From Antedon mediterranea (lineage: Eukaryota; Animalia; Echinodermata): a DNA stretch of 64,000 bases. Where the stretch lies: assembly GCF_964355755.1 (NCBI RefSeq), contig NC_092676.1, positions 18,370,871 through 18,434,870 of the forward strand, read 5' to 3'. Positions within the stretch are counted from its first letter, which is position 1. Every line of letters starts with the position of its first letter. Under the pieces are notes generated by a model that saw only the letters and a list, made by a program, of their open reading frames with translations, ran no database searches and was not told where the DNA came from. The translations under genes and the position numbers were made by a program. Shown one piece after another: positions 47,556 to 60,306 of the stretch.

Positions 47556-50500
47556 CTACAAGTTAAAATCAAATTGCTGAAATTGTTTGCGGAACATAGA
47601 TGCATTTTGTGCTTCCTCTTCCTTTGATATTGAGCATGCTTTCCAGTTTGCTCGGTCTGGCATATTCAGTAGGGCAGGGCATGCCATAGCTTCTCTGCAA
47701 AGAAAACCAAATGAAATGTTTAGTGGTGGTACCAAGGGTCTTTTTGGAAGGTTAAGCCCGGGGATGTTGCTCATCTTACCGGGGATGTTGCTCATCCTAC
47801 AGGGGATGTTGCTCATTCTAACGAGGAAGTTTCTCATCTTACAGAGGAAGTTGCTACCCCTGACTGGGCATATTGCTTTCTTTGTAGGCACTATAAACAT
47901 AAGCGGCTGAGCCTTTAAGACGGTGGAACCGTAATCCATAACCACAACATCGGCAAGGGTTCGGAGCTCACTTGCTCTATGGTTCTGGTGGTAGAACAAG
48001 TCTTCTCGGATAAGGACAATTTGTATACAAAATGATCAACCTGGTATCTCTCAAGATCTTTTGAGTAGTGGGTTACCCCGGTGTACTACTCCACACACAC
48101 AGCCACTGTTGTGGACAGATGAGAGAGCACCTTAATTGGTTGTCCTGACATGACCCTTATGGGAGAAGTATGACATCCCCAGTACCATGAGCATTGATCT
48201 ATTTGTTGTAATGGCACAATACAAGAACTCATACAATTACATCCATTGTGGTTTTGATCCCAATACTCATATTTTCCATTATAGATGCCAATATCTATAG
48301 ATTCTTTAATAGTGCCCTCTATGGTTTGACTTATTTTTTAATACATGCATACAACAAACATCTTTACGAAACATATACTATGTAGTACAAACCTTCCAAA
48401 TTGTAATGGGAAGAACTTCTTAATACGATGCAACAATTTCTCTCCGCTGTCTAGTTCAATATAAAAGTAAGGTGCTCCCAATGCAACTATCTGAATACGA
48501 ATACAAATTATTATGTTAAAATTATAATGGTGCACATTGGTCTAGAGCTTATTTGGTCAATGCTACACATTTACTTGTTTAAGATAACTAACTGTCATTA
48601 GAGATTTACGATAACTCTTTCATAGATAGAATCTATTCAATATATTAAGATAACTAAATGTCATTTACGGTAACTCTTTCATATCACTGATAGAATCTAT
48701 TCAATATATTTAATCCTAAGATATAATAATATGCAACAAGTAGTACCACATACAAGATTAATTCAAACAATTTTTCAAGCACAACAATATACAAAACTAC
48801 TTTTGTATTCGTATACATGTCAACAACAGTCAATGTGATAACATATTTAAATATAAGATACAAACCTGTTTCAGATCACTGTGTGTAGGAATCTCATTCA
48901 ATTCAATATCTTCCTTCATACTATATTCCAACAAACTTTCTTTAATATCTAGTTCTTCGTCCTTTGCAATTGGTACCACCTACGAGAGAACAGAAATACT
49001 GGTTACAATAGGGAGACCAGTTTAATAATTGATTTACTACATATCAGCGTGTTTCTGGAAACATAAATACTGTAATCCTAACCTTCTTTTCACCCTTCAA
49101 AATTTCAGAAGTGGCACTTTAGGCATGGATTTGATACAACAGACGTGATCGACTATAGGCACTGTCAAAATGTTAAATTTAAATATTCTGGTCCTCGAGC
49201 TTAACTGGAAACTGAGGAAATTCTGATTAGGCCCTCTACGGACCCACAGAAGCAAAAAGTGTGGTGCCTACCAGATTAGCACACCGGGAGACAATCCCCT
49301 ACTCTTTTTGAATAGTGTACCAAGTTTTAGCTTTAGCTTTACATCCTATCCATGTGTATCCTTTATTATTTTCGTCTAGTTTCTTTTTGCCAAAAGACAA
49401 CAGAAGTATGGCGTACAGTTGTCATTGCCATTTGAAAACAAAGCATTTAGTTGGATCAACCTTGCGAATGACCTCCTTCAGCACAGTCAACCATGCCGAT
49501 AGAAAATACTGAACCATCAATGTCAAAAGAAAACTTTATAAAGTATAACCTGAACATGATATGTATATCTCTATTATACCTTATTCGGCGATGCAGCGAT
49601 TCAATCATAGTTACCTGAAGCTGTAAATGCTGCGTCTTGTAATTTCTTTCAAATATAACATAAGACTTATTTTTTGACTTGAAATACCTGTTAATGGCTT
49701 TCTTATACTGGTTGATCTCATCTGTAACGTCCTGAATGCAAAGCAAAAACAGGCGATTACTAACAAGAAAAGTTAACACTCATTTTATTTGCTGGCTGGC
49801 TTTTTTCAAAGTTACAAAGCAATATGAGGATGATATGTAGAGGAAATACTTTTTTATTTGTTTGAGACAATCAGTAAGAGGTTGCGAAAGCAACAAACGC
49901 CATAGCATGAATGTGTCAGCAACCACTAAATATTGTTATTGCTATGGACTGTTTTATATTTAAGTTTGGCATGCATTGGCATGCAGCATCCTCAATATGT
50001 ACCTCACAAAATGGAAATGCACAATCAATAGGGTTCAACCTTGCTTGACTTAAGCTCCGTCTACACTATCAAACTTAATGTGACAAAAATATGTGATGAA
50101 CCCCTTTGGTGGCGAAGTGCGCTCTAGAAATCTGCTATATTATTATTATGTGCCCATAAATGGACATGACATGATGTCGTATCACTACCATATTTAAACA
50201 TCACTACCATATTTGGGCACATCACACTTTTAGTAGTTTGATAGTGTAGACAGAGCTTTAAATATTTTTTATATTGTGTTACTGTATGAGAAAAGAAAAT
50301 TTATTTTGATTACTAAATTGATAATGGTTACTACTTTTAATTTCTACTATTTAAAAACCAATTATTTCTGCAGCAAGCACATTGAGACTCAACACAACAC
50401 AAACAAATTGTGTTTACAACTCATTACCAATGTCAATACAGTATTATTTGTTGTTAAGTATCATTACTTATTTTAAGTTTAACTACCTGTGGTAGATCAA

Positions 50501-53500
50501 CCTGTGACTGGAAATGACCTATAGGCAAAATCATCACATGATCGGGAATGAGACCACCTTTTGCAAGAGCAACATATGTCTGTAATAAAGAAGAACATAG
50601 TGAATTAGGTTTTACATTTAATAACAGTGAACATAATTGGTCTTAAGAACTCATTTACCCTTATAATTTGAGTGTCAGTTGACATTGTGTAAACTGCTGC
50701 TTGATTTGGGACAGCTTACTAAAACATTAGGATTTCTGCAGCCAAAAAATGCACTTATCCTAGTTTTTATTCTAGTTTTTATTTAAACTTTATTTATAGA
50801 GGGTAACTCTTCCAGCTGGACAAATTAATGCCGGTTGATATTCAAGGGCCCTCTTAAATTCAATAAAATACATTACGATACATTACTATTATATAATTAT
50901 ATGTCTTTTTTAATTTGTCGTTTTTTAATTGTTCATAGTTCATTCAGTAATAAATTTTGCCTGACTAATATCTTAAAACTTACCGTTGTTCCAACACTGA
51001 CTACTAAATGTTTTTCAACTTCTGGGCTTCCAAGACAGAACCAACAAGGACCATTTGCTTTAGCTGTTGATCATAGTATTGTTATTAGGTTTTTATCATA
51101 TCATGTTTATTTTTCATATAAATTTATTTTGGAATTAAGTGTGTTAATACTGCTTCTAATAACATGTTCTTAGTTTTGATGGATCTATGCTTTTACTACC
51201 ACATACTAAAACATATTGTAGAATCAAATGTGACTATAATGAAAGGCTTCCTAATCCATTTCATGTTATATTTAGTTTGTGATTTGAAAACAACTACTGT
51301 TCAGAACATTAGTGTAACTTTAAGTAAATCTCATCTCTCATTTCAACCACTAAATAAAAAACTTGTGACGTCAAGTGAATGAAACAGATAGTTTATATCA
51401 ACTGAAAACACTTGGGCTGGCCCAAACTCACTCTTGGACGGGTTCAAACTATCCCTTGAATATGGAAAGCCAAACCCGCCAAAAATACATAATACATACC
51501 ATCCACCAATAATTAATTCGTACAAAATTCAAACCATCCAATATTATCTCATGCAGTTCAATGAAAACTTAAACCATTCACCTAGTATCTACACCATCCA
51601 ATACAATGTGTGACCATCTACCACTAGCCCAAACGACAATACGCCGAACAAACTACCCATAACACAAACCATCTAAAGAATGTTGAGCCCAGGCAGCAAT
51701 AATTGAATTAATCTAACGTTAATACAAGTATATATTAGCCAACTCATTTATCAACATTTCATGTAGTTCATGAACATTTCAAACAAAGCATCTTAATTTT
51801 AGTTCATCGAATTATAATTCTAATTCATTGCCTGTTTTATACACCGTTCGTCTGTTCAACAGTTGAAACAACTGTTTTGCACACGATACGCCCGTTCGTG
51901 AGTTCAAACCATGATATTTGAAGCATCGACTTTCCAAACAGCGATTTTTCGCACCGAACGTATTTTCTTGAGTTAAAGTGGTTGCATTTCAATCACTTGC
52001 TTTTGATTGGCCAGTATTACACACCGTTCGCTTGTTCGTGATTTCAAACCATGATATTTGAAGCATCGACTTTCCAAATGGCGATTTTTCGCACCGAACG
52101 TATTTTCTTGAGTTAAAGTGGTTGCATTTCAATCACCTACTTTCGATTGGCCAGTATTACACACCATTCGCTTGTTCGTGATTTCATGTGATAACATTTC
52201 ATTCGACAATTTTTCAAACGTTAGTTTTTGACTCCGCTTACGTATATGTCAGTTGATATACTATTTTTTAATTTTCATACTTTCCATAGTCAGTTTTGTA
52301 CATCATTCGCATTTACGCATGTAAAGTGTAGATATTCCATTCGACAAGTTTTAAAACGGTAGTTTTTTTTTTATTGTTTAATTGTAACTGTTGGCGCCGA
52401 TTTTATATTGGGGGGGGGAGGGGGAGGTGTTCGGTACTGAATTTGAACAGTACACATTTTTAAATATGGTACCTCTACACGTTGGGTTATTTAATGCATG
52501 ATGAATAACAAAATAATTATGATTTAATAACAATACACATGTTTTTATTTAATCCATGATAAATATTCGTAAAATATGTTTATTCGGATATTTATTAATT
52601 ACGTCTCCACTATAGTCTATAAAACATAATGAATGTCATTATTTCAAAAAAATAGGCCTACCCCGTAAACAAATGGAAGCTTCTCAACAACAGTTAATTT
52701 ATGCATCATAGAGAGCACAGAGCAGAAAATGGCTCTAGACCGGCCTCATCTAGCAGCCGCCGCACACGCCCGCCGCGTAGGGAGGGGAGAGAGAAGCACG
52801 ACACCAGCTCTCTCTCTCCTCTGTCTCTCCCCCACAGGCGGGCGAGGTGGGTGTTATACCCCGGGCCTAGTTGTGGGGCGTAAAATTGTAACAGGCCCAC
52901 AAGCTAAATTATATTATTTCATTCTGTTTTTTTTCCATTATTTAAGTTTGTGATAATGTGTGTAACCAGGGAGATGTAAAATAAATTTATAAATTAGTTT
53001 ACATCTCCCTGACCTGTGTGTGTAACGTAGGCCTAGGCCTAAGTAAGTGTCATACAGTCGTAAAGTTGACATTCATCCCCCGCCCCTCAATATTAAATCG
53101 GCGCCAACAGTTACAATTTAACAATAAAACAATAAATGTGCGAAAAACTACCGTTTAAAACTTGTCGAGTGGAATATCTACACTTTACATGCGTAAATGC
53201 GAATGATGTACAAAACTGACTATGGAAAGTATGAAAATTAAAAAATAGTATATCAACTGACATATACGTAAGCGGAGTCAAAAACTAACGTTTGAAAAAT
53301 TGTCGAATGAAATGTTATCACATGAAATCACGAACAAGCGAACGGTGTGTAATACTGGCCAATCGAAAGTAGGTGATTGAAATGCAACCACTTTAACTCA
53401 AGAAAATACGTTCGGTGCGAAAAATCGCCATTTGGAAAGTCGATGCTTCAAATATCATGGTTTGAAATCACGAACAAGCGAACGGTGTGTAATACTGGCC

Positions 53501-56500
53501 AATCAAAAGCAAGTGATTGAAATGCAACCACTTTAACTCAAGAAAATACGTTCGGTGCGAAAAATCGCTGTTTGGAAAGTCGATGCTTCAAATATCATGG
53601 TTTGAACTCACGAACGGGCGTATCGTGTGCAAAACAGTTGTTTCAACTGTTGAACAGACGAACGGTGTATAAAACAGGCAATGAATTAGAATTATAATTC
53701 GATGAACTAAAATTAAGATGCTTTGTTTGAAATGTTCATGAACTACATGAAATGTTGATAAATGAGTTGGCTAATATATACTTGTATTAACGTTAGATTA
53801 ATTCAATTATTGCTGCCTGGGCTCAACATTCTTTAGATGGTTTGTGTTATGGGTAGTTTGTTCGGCGTATTGTCGTTTGGGCTAGTGGTAGATGGTCACA
53901 CATTGTATTGGATGGTGTAGATACTAGGTGAATGGTTTAAGTTTTCATTGAACTGCATGAGATAATATTGGATGGTTTGAATTTTGTACGAATTAATTAT
54001 TGGTGGATGGTATGTATTATGTATTTTTGGCGGGTTTGGCTTTCCATACTTGAACTAGCCAAACTATTCAAATGGGTTTGTCTAAACTATCCCTTGGACT
54101 GACCCAAACCAATTATTGGGCTGTCCCAAACTTCTTTTCAGCAAAGTTGGATGTTTATAATGCATTTTATATGGGACATTATAAACATCTTGGTTTTGAG
54201 ATTCAGAGAGTCTGATTTTGAAAGTGTTGAGTATAAATACATGCACTGATTTAAATAAAACCTGTATGTTTTAAAGTAGCTTACGGTGCTTCTTAACCTT
54301 TCTTGGTCCTGATCCACCTTGGTGATCTCCTTGCCTCTTTTGACCTTTTTGAGGCTGCTTTGTTGAAAAGAAGTATTGGTTTGACATATCTGTCTCCTGC
54401 AAATAATCAAATAACTTTTTAATACACAAACATTTGGAAAACTTAAGCTCTGTCTACACTTTCAAACTAGTTTGAAAAAGAAAGTATGATGTGCCCAAAT
54501 TTGGTGGCGATATGCCCAAATATGGTAGTGATAAAACATCATCATGTCCATATATATATATTGTCACATAAAGGTTGATAGTTTTGACAGAGCTTTACTC
54601 TGCAAACTAAATTGTGTTGCACACAATGTTCTCATTATACCAAACCAAGTACAGTACTTACATTTGATTCTGTTTGCCTTTCTGAAGATGTAGTTGAGAA
54701 GGGACATTCTGTGACATCTTGTGGCTGAACTATTAGTTCTGCATGAGTAAGTTTGCTCATTGGTACTATATTGAATGCATATAAATACTAGAAAAAAACG
54801 TTAAAAACCTATTTTAATATTCTGGGTTTCAATTTAATGGCAGGCCACGCGAGTGGCAAGAGAGTAAGCATTATGGTGTAATGGTAAGGATATTTATTTT
54901 ATTTATTTACTTTATTTTATTTCAACAATATTTAATGAGGGTGGTCCATCCAGCATCAGCTGATCATTAGGGACCCTCAAACAATACAAACAGTAAATAC
55001 AAAATAAACTATAAAAACACAAAATTAACAAAGATAAAAAAATAAATATATATATATAAATATAAATATACAGTATGCCTACAATGAAAGAAGGAAAAAA
55101 AGAAAAAAAATCAGAGAGAGAGAAACAGGTGTTTTTTCAAAAGAGATTTAAAGGAGGAGAAATTGTAAGAGTTACGAATGCTTAAAGGTAGAGAATTAAA
55201 GAAAGGAGGAGTATTGAAACTAAAAGAAAGTTTAAAGATTTCAAGGTAAGGACGAGTCGTATGTGCCATAAAGGTAACTTTTTATGTTTACTTTTTTCTC
55301 TCTGCTTTTTAATTTCTTATATCTCTTTATTTTTATGTATGTTTGATTGCAAACGTTTGTAATTTCTTTGGATTGTTGGAGTTTTCTTGTGTATTATGTC
55401 CATTGTTTGTATCATTAGGCAAGATACTATAGTCTCATTGCCTCATTCTTTAGATGAGACATAAAGCTGTTGGTCCAGTGTATCTACATTGCACATTTGT
55501 ATGAAAGAGTCATGGATTGTCTCTCAGTGTGCTTGAGATATAACAGATACTACATCAGAGGTTCCAAGTTGAAAAAACTAAATTTCTGTGGGCGTTATTA
55601 TAAACAGTGCCATGAGTGTTAATTTTGAAATAACATGTTTGTTTTGCGAACATGTTGTTTTATTTTAGATGAAAAATCTCTAGGCTAGGCCTAGCTATCC
55701 TAGGCCTAAATCGTTGAGTCTGAATTTTTGGATAGACGAGAATCTGGATAAAAAATTCGAGAAAAATCTGAAAAACTTGGGACCTCTGCTACTGTACATA
55801 CAGTTTCTTATGTTCAGATATTCATGACATATTGTTTATTTCAACTGACCTTTTTCTTTGCTATATTTGCAACACTAGCTAAGCTAATAAACCTCGTCAC
55901 ATGTCGTTGCTTGTCTTTTAAAACCTGGTGATTCCTGTATGGCAACCTTTCATAGTAGACGTCATCTAACCCTGCAAAGTGGTACCTCGGTTGTAAGGCT
56001 AGTGCAAGACCTGCAAGTTTGCTTGATCCTGATTGGTCAGATCCTGGTCCGTCCTAAAAATTGTTATTCAGACAATGAAGCAATTATTGTACATTAGTTA
56101 TTATACAGTATGGTGTGATGCCTACTGTACACATAAACATACTGCCAGTCATGTGATAATCTTTGCAGATTCCACCTATTGTACTTACTGGTTTTATGGC
56201 AAACCTCTCAACATTCCGTGGCCACTGTGACGTTATCAAAACATCAACTCCTTTAAAAGACGAGTTTGAAACTAAGGGCATGGCCAATTCATTGATGTCT
56301 TGTTCTGTGAAGGTGTGTTGTTCTCTTGGACCGGTACCCTCTTGCTCAACCCCGCTAAGGTATGCTACCTGCAGACCCGACATCATGTTCATGACACCTT
56401 TCCGACCTAAAAAAAATGTTTAAAAAACAAAAGTAATTATTTGTTTTTATTTGATCTATTCAATATAGTCCTAAAACAATTTAAATAATACAACTATTAA

Positions 56501-59500
56501 AAAATGATTGAAACAACTAATGTATTGTATTGGATGACAGACCTTTATAGTACAACTTGATTCCTTAAACATATGATAACTCTCGGAATATAATTACAGT
56601 ACAATTTTGATAGTGTGTAGCATAAACATAAATTGTAATTACATGAAGTATATTGTATATTATATAACACCTATATAAATTCCTGTCATTTGATTGGACG
56701 AATGTGGGTCACATGGCGTGCAATAGTACGCACTATTCAACGATCGTTAAATAGTACTTTTTGAAACATTTTTGTGTACGAAAAAAAAACGTCTAGATGT
56801 TATATAAAACAAATAATGAATGTTTTGTATTCGTGTAATGGTACAAATAATGGCACTTGGTGAATGATGAAAGGTTATATCAACTCGGCTTTGCCTCGTT
56901 GATATAACCTTTCATCATTCACCTCGTGCCATTATTTGTACCATTGCACTCATAAACATTCATTATTTGTATATTAAGCTATATCTATACTATCAAACTT
57001 TATGTGACAAACAAAATGTGATGTGTCCATAATATGGACATGATGATGTCACTACCATATTTGGGCATACTGTATCATTACCATATTTGGGCACATCACA
57101 CTTCTTTTGTCAAATTAGTTTAGACAGAGACTTTCTGAAACAGGATGCTCTTTGGGAAAGTCTAAAAATGTCTAGCTTTTTGAAAATATTCATTCAGTTA
57201 TCAGAATGCATACTTACGATATGTCATTCAGTTATTTGTTGCAATTTGGAAAAATAAAAAAAAATACCTTAATGAGAGCTCACTCAAACATGTATTGAAA
57301 AACTCGAAAGGTTATTGGGAGACTTAAGAGGCCTACATTTTCTAGGTGTCCAGGGTTCTAAATTCACTAGAAACCAAGGGTTCAACCTGCTCACATTAAG
57401 CATTCTAACCTCAATGGTTGTAGGCTTAAAAGAGTTTATATGGTAAAAACCCACTGACCTAGATATGTTACATTCTCTGCAATCTCATATCCATTAGGTG
57501 ATTTTGAAAACATTTCCCTTTCTTCTGCCTTATTAGCACCAAGTATGTAAGTTGGCATGGGAGCTGTAAAAAAAAAACACAACAAGATAATGTATATGCA
57601 TAACTCACAACCGTATGTAATTAAATTTACATTTTGTTCAAATACTCCTCAGTCCCTACAGAGATTAAAATGGAGAAAGTTCATTATTTTAATGTGTATT
57701 TTCATATCAATGTGTTATCATGGGAGACACGGTAAAGTCATACAGTAGTTGCATACTTACACAAAAGGTGTAAAATGTATGTAATTAGGGGATGATTGGG
57801 TTTCGTACGATGAGGCACTTAAAAAAAAACAAAATTCCTTTGCTTGAGGACCGTCGTACCCGACTGTGCAAGGAATATTTCCCAAAAAACTGAAAACCCC
57901 TAGTCATATCCTGCACAACCTACTCTCACCACCTTGCCTTGTTCCATACCAATTGAGATCAGTCACTGAATTTCCTATGCCAAAGTGTAATACCAATAGA
58001 TCAACTTTATTACACTGGTATATTTAATGGTTGGTAGTTGCCTTTTCTTTGCACAGTCTGGGTGTAATCCCACCCCTACTTTATTTATGATTTCACAAAC
58101 AGCCATATCCCCGGGTATAGTCCCAGTATTGACTTTTGGTCCGGATGTTGTAAGACTCTATAGCCATTTTTTTTACAAGAAATGCTTACCAACCATTTTT
58201 TTTGCTGAATCTTTGTTTCCCCTGGTATAGTCCCACCCCACAAAGTTGGTCCAATTTCGTGTTCTAGAGGGTGGGACTATACCAGAGTATATACGGTATA
58301 TATATATTGACTAAAAAATGCACAAAATATTCCTTCTTGATGGAAACTAGTCCTGACCACCACATGGTTTAAAGCGGTTCAATGCACCTATTGCATACAA
58401 TTACCTGTTGCCTGCTTGCTCTCATATTTCAACCAATTAGTTTTTGATTTCTCTGAACTGTCAAAAAAAGACCCAACACAGAAAAGTGCCTGAAACATAA
58501 GAAAATGGATTACTTATAGAAAGTACAGTAGTATTTTTTCTTTTCATATCGACCACTATAGTTTTTCCAGGTAGGTTTGGGTCCTTTTTTGGTCTCTTAT
58601 GCCTTTCTCATAGATTGGGATAGAACTCTTTGCGCTGAAATATCAGAGTCTAACGAATAAGGTGTACGAACATTAGTTGTGTAGCTTTCTCCTTTTCATC
58701 TGGCAATCCACAGAAAGGGATAAATAAAATATTAAACAAGACTAAATTTATCAAATAAATATGATTATTATGTCCTACAGTACCTCAAATGGTCCAGCTT
58801 TTTTATTTACTTTTTCAACTCTTTTGAATAACTGATCTAAGTTACCCTCCACATCACCACTTACTAAACTGAAAGGTTAAAAGAAAAATATTTGTAAACT
58901 TGAAGGTAATGAGTAGGCTTATGTATTTGTCTGACAAGCAAGACTTCATGGTCAGAACCAGTTGAATATACTCTAGGCCTTTTTCACAATACGGAAGACA
59001 TCTTCGATCGATGGCAAACAATGCTGTGCAGCGAATAATAACCACTAAAAATAACAGCGTTTTCAGGGGATTTCAGGACAATTAATTTTAAAATCATAAC
59101 TTACTCCTATTATGGAGGGTCGTGTAAGAAAAAAAGTTACTGTAAATTAAATGTACTTGGATGAAGATTGGCCTACAATATTATATGATTGAAAAATATA
59201 GAAAAATTGTTTTGATCGACTAAAATACAACAGAAAAAAGACAGTGTATAAAGTGGTATGTCACTATGCTTATTTATATAGTATACACAGTATTTTGCTG
59301 ATTTTAACTTGTTTCTGGAAAGAAAAATATATACAAGTTAAAGCATCTTAATAAATAATATTGTCTTCACTTCACATGTCATCATAAAACCCCTACTGTA
59401 CAGGCGATACCGGGCAAAGATTAGTATGACCGCAAACAATGTAAACAATTTACACTCTCTGTTGTTTTCAAAAATGATAATTGCATAATAATATATAAAA

Positions 59501-59932
59501 CTACAATTTTTTTTGTAATTTATTTTATATATAGGCCTATTATTCATTATAATTTAATATATATCAACATTGGCAATAATATCAATAAAATCATGTTATT
59601 GTAGTTCAAACACCTTTCCAAAACACAACTTAATAAATATTCAAAAAATGTATATTAACAATCAGTGATTTTGGACTAAAGTGAGACGTTTTTTTAGGGC
59701 CACAAGGTAGGTGGGATGTTTCGCCCCAAAAGTGGGCCGAATCGTTCCGACCGGAATCGCTAGAGAGAGGGTCACCAGTCCTGGCTAAACACAGTATGAA
59801 ATGAATTTATTTAGGCCTAGCCTCCTAGTAGGAATCCTAGGCCTAGGCCCTAGGCTAGGGTAGAATCATTCAAGTCACGGAGATCCCAAGTCACCTCCAA
59901 GTCACACACACTTACATTTTTACAGGTTCCAT
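47556..59932 (-). CDS. CWF19L1: CWF19-like protein 1 (spliceosome/debranching-associated)
   Basis: 14 phase-consistent exons: 59932-59916, 58868-58784, 58489-58405, 57563-57459, 56406-56189, 56053-55850, 54787-54662, 54396-54285, 51063-50984, 50579-50487, 49731-49615, 48979-48866, 48490-48393, 47694-47556. Peptides: [116 protein letters not shown]. Confidence 0.97.
47757..47862. repeat. 21-bp minisatellite (~5 units)
   Basis: ggggatgttgctcatcttacc unit, degenerating towards the 3' side. Confidence 0.85.
47900..48190 (+). mobile_element. tRNA-derived SINE with Deu/Nin-like core (second family)
   Basis: tRNA-like head (ggctgagcctttaagacg...ggttcggag), core motif gtcttctcggataaggac and gagtagtgggttaccccggtgt. 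Confidence 0.55.
49185..49330 (-). mobile_element. 3' fragment of the Deu-SINE family at 41375
   Basis: tattctggtcctc..taactggaaactgagg..gacccacag..gcctaccagat..cgggagac.atcccctactcttt shared with 41375-41500. Confidence 0.7.
50053..50257. mobile_element. MITE family A copy carrying a short retroposon tail insertion
   Basis: Family A TIRs. The insert at ~50100-50148 ends aagtgcgctctagaaat..tattattattat. Confidence 0.75.
51461..54048. mobile_element. 2.6-kb non-autonomous IS3EU-like DNA transposon with ~880-bp TIRs
   Basis: 51461-52339 is the reverse complement of 53170-54048, with an imperfect extension to ~52425/53075. Termini are TATGG..CCATA. 6-bp TSD cttgaa at 51455-51460 and 54049-54054. 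Each arm holds a 120-bp tandem repeat. No transposase ORF. Confidence 0.85.
54445..54594. mobile_element. MITE family A copy
   Basis: agctctgtctacactttcaaactag...ggttgatagttttgacagagct. Confidence 0.75.
54900..55265 (-). mobile_element. L2/Crack-like LINE 3' end
   Basis: Minus-strand translation [43 protein letters not shown], then a 3' stem-loop (gagggt...accctc) and an (AAAT)n tail. A related 3' tip lies at ~50790-50870. Confidence 0.65.
56661..56972. mobile_element. Crypton-like non-autonomous element with a long terminal hairpin
   Basis: ~75-bp inverted arms (56809-56884 / 56898-56970) flank the loop tcggctttgcctc (gaggcaaagccga on the minus strand). A short IR pair lies at 56661/56805. 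No TSD. Confidence 0.5.
56977..57132. mobile_element. MITE family A copy
   Basis: agctatatctatactatcaaacttt...tagtttagacagagact with family A interior. Confidence 0.7.
57785..57940 (+). mobile_element. LINE ORF2 3' fragment (same type as 31410)
   Basis: [32 protein letters not shown], then after a frameshift PSHILHNLL. Confidence 0.6.
58100..58298. mobile_element. pogo/Tigger-like MITE, degenerate
   Basis: Right end gggtgggactataccagagtatatacggta. Inverted ggtatagtccca copies at ~58114 and ~58224. Confidence 0.45.
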
Positions 59933-60306
59933 TGCAGTTTGACTAACTAGGCCTAGGAAAAACACATTTTTTTTCAAACGTGGACGTGACTCGCGCCGTA
60001 TGGACGTGACGTACATAGAGTTCTTTGACTTCTTTCTGTGAATTTTGTTTGTATTTTTATACTGCTCCGTCAATATCAACGCGTTGCTCATAAACCAAAT
60101 TGCGTTCACGGTACTTCGAATGTGAGTGTTTAGAGTGATAAATGACGCATTCTAAAGCAACGAAACGCATATTTACAATTTTTAATTCTTTGCGGTTGCC
60201 TTGCGAACGTTATGCTTTGCCAATTTTTGGAAATGGAGGAAGCACAAGAGGAAGGGCCAACAAACTAAGTTTAGATTTATTAATTTATTTCGTTTCACCA
60301 TTGAAA
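59933..60306. promoter_or_regulatory. Bidirectional promoter region CWF19L1 / DNAAF3
   Basis: 374 bp separate the divergent ATGs. Duplicated tggacgtgac at ~59981 and ~60001. X-box-like gttgccttgcgaac at 60195-60208. Confidence 0.65.

Noticed and set aside
47695-47999. 147-aa ORF extending the last CWF19L1 exon upstream with MSNIPG repeats, and the antisense 107-aa ORF
   Set aside because: The extension is intron sequence made of a 21-bp minisatellite and a SINE. A phase-correct acceptor at 47695 joins FGR|EAMAC as in CWF19L1 orthologues.
52701-52953. Short ORFs in the GC-rich core of the giant palindrome
   Set aside because: 60-74 aa, low complexity and overlapping on both strands, with no transposase motifs.
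51461-54048. Polinton/Maverick assignment (long TIR, 6-bp TSD)
   Set aside because: Polinton termini are typically AG..CT simple repeats. TATGG..CCATA fits IS3EU better.
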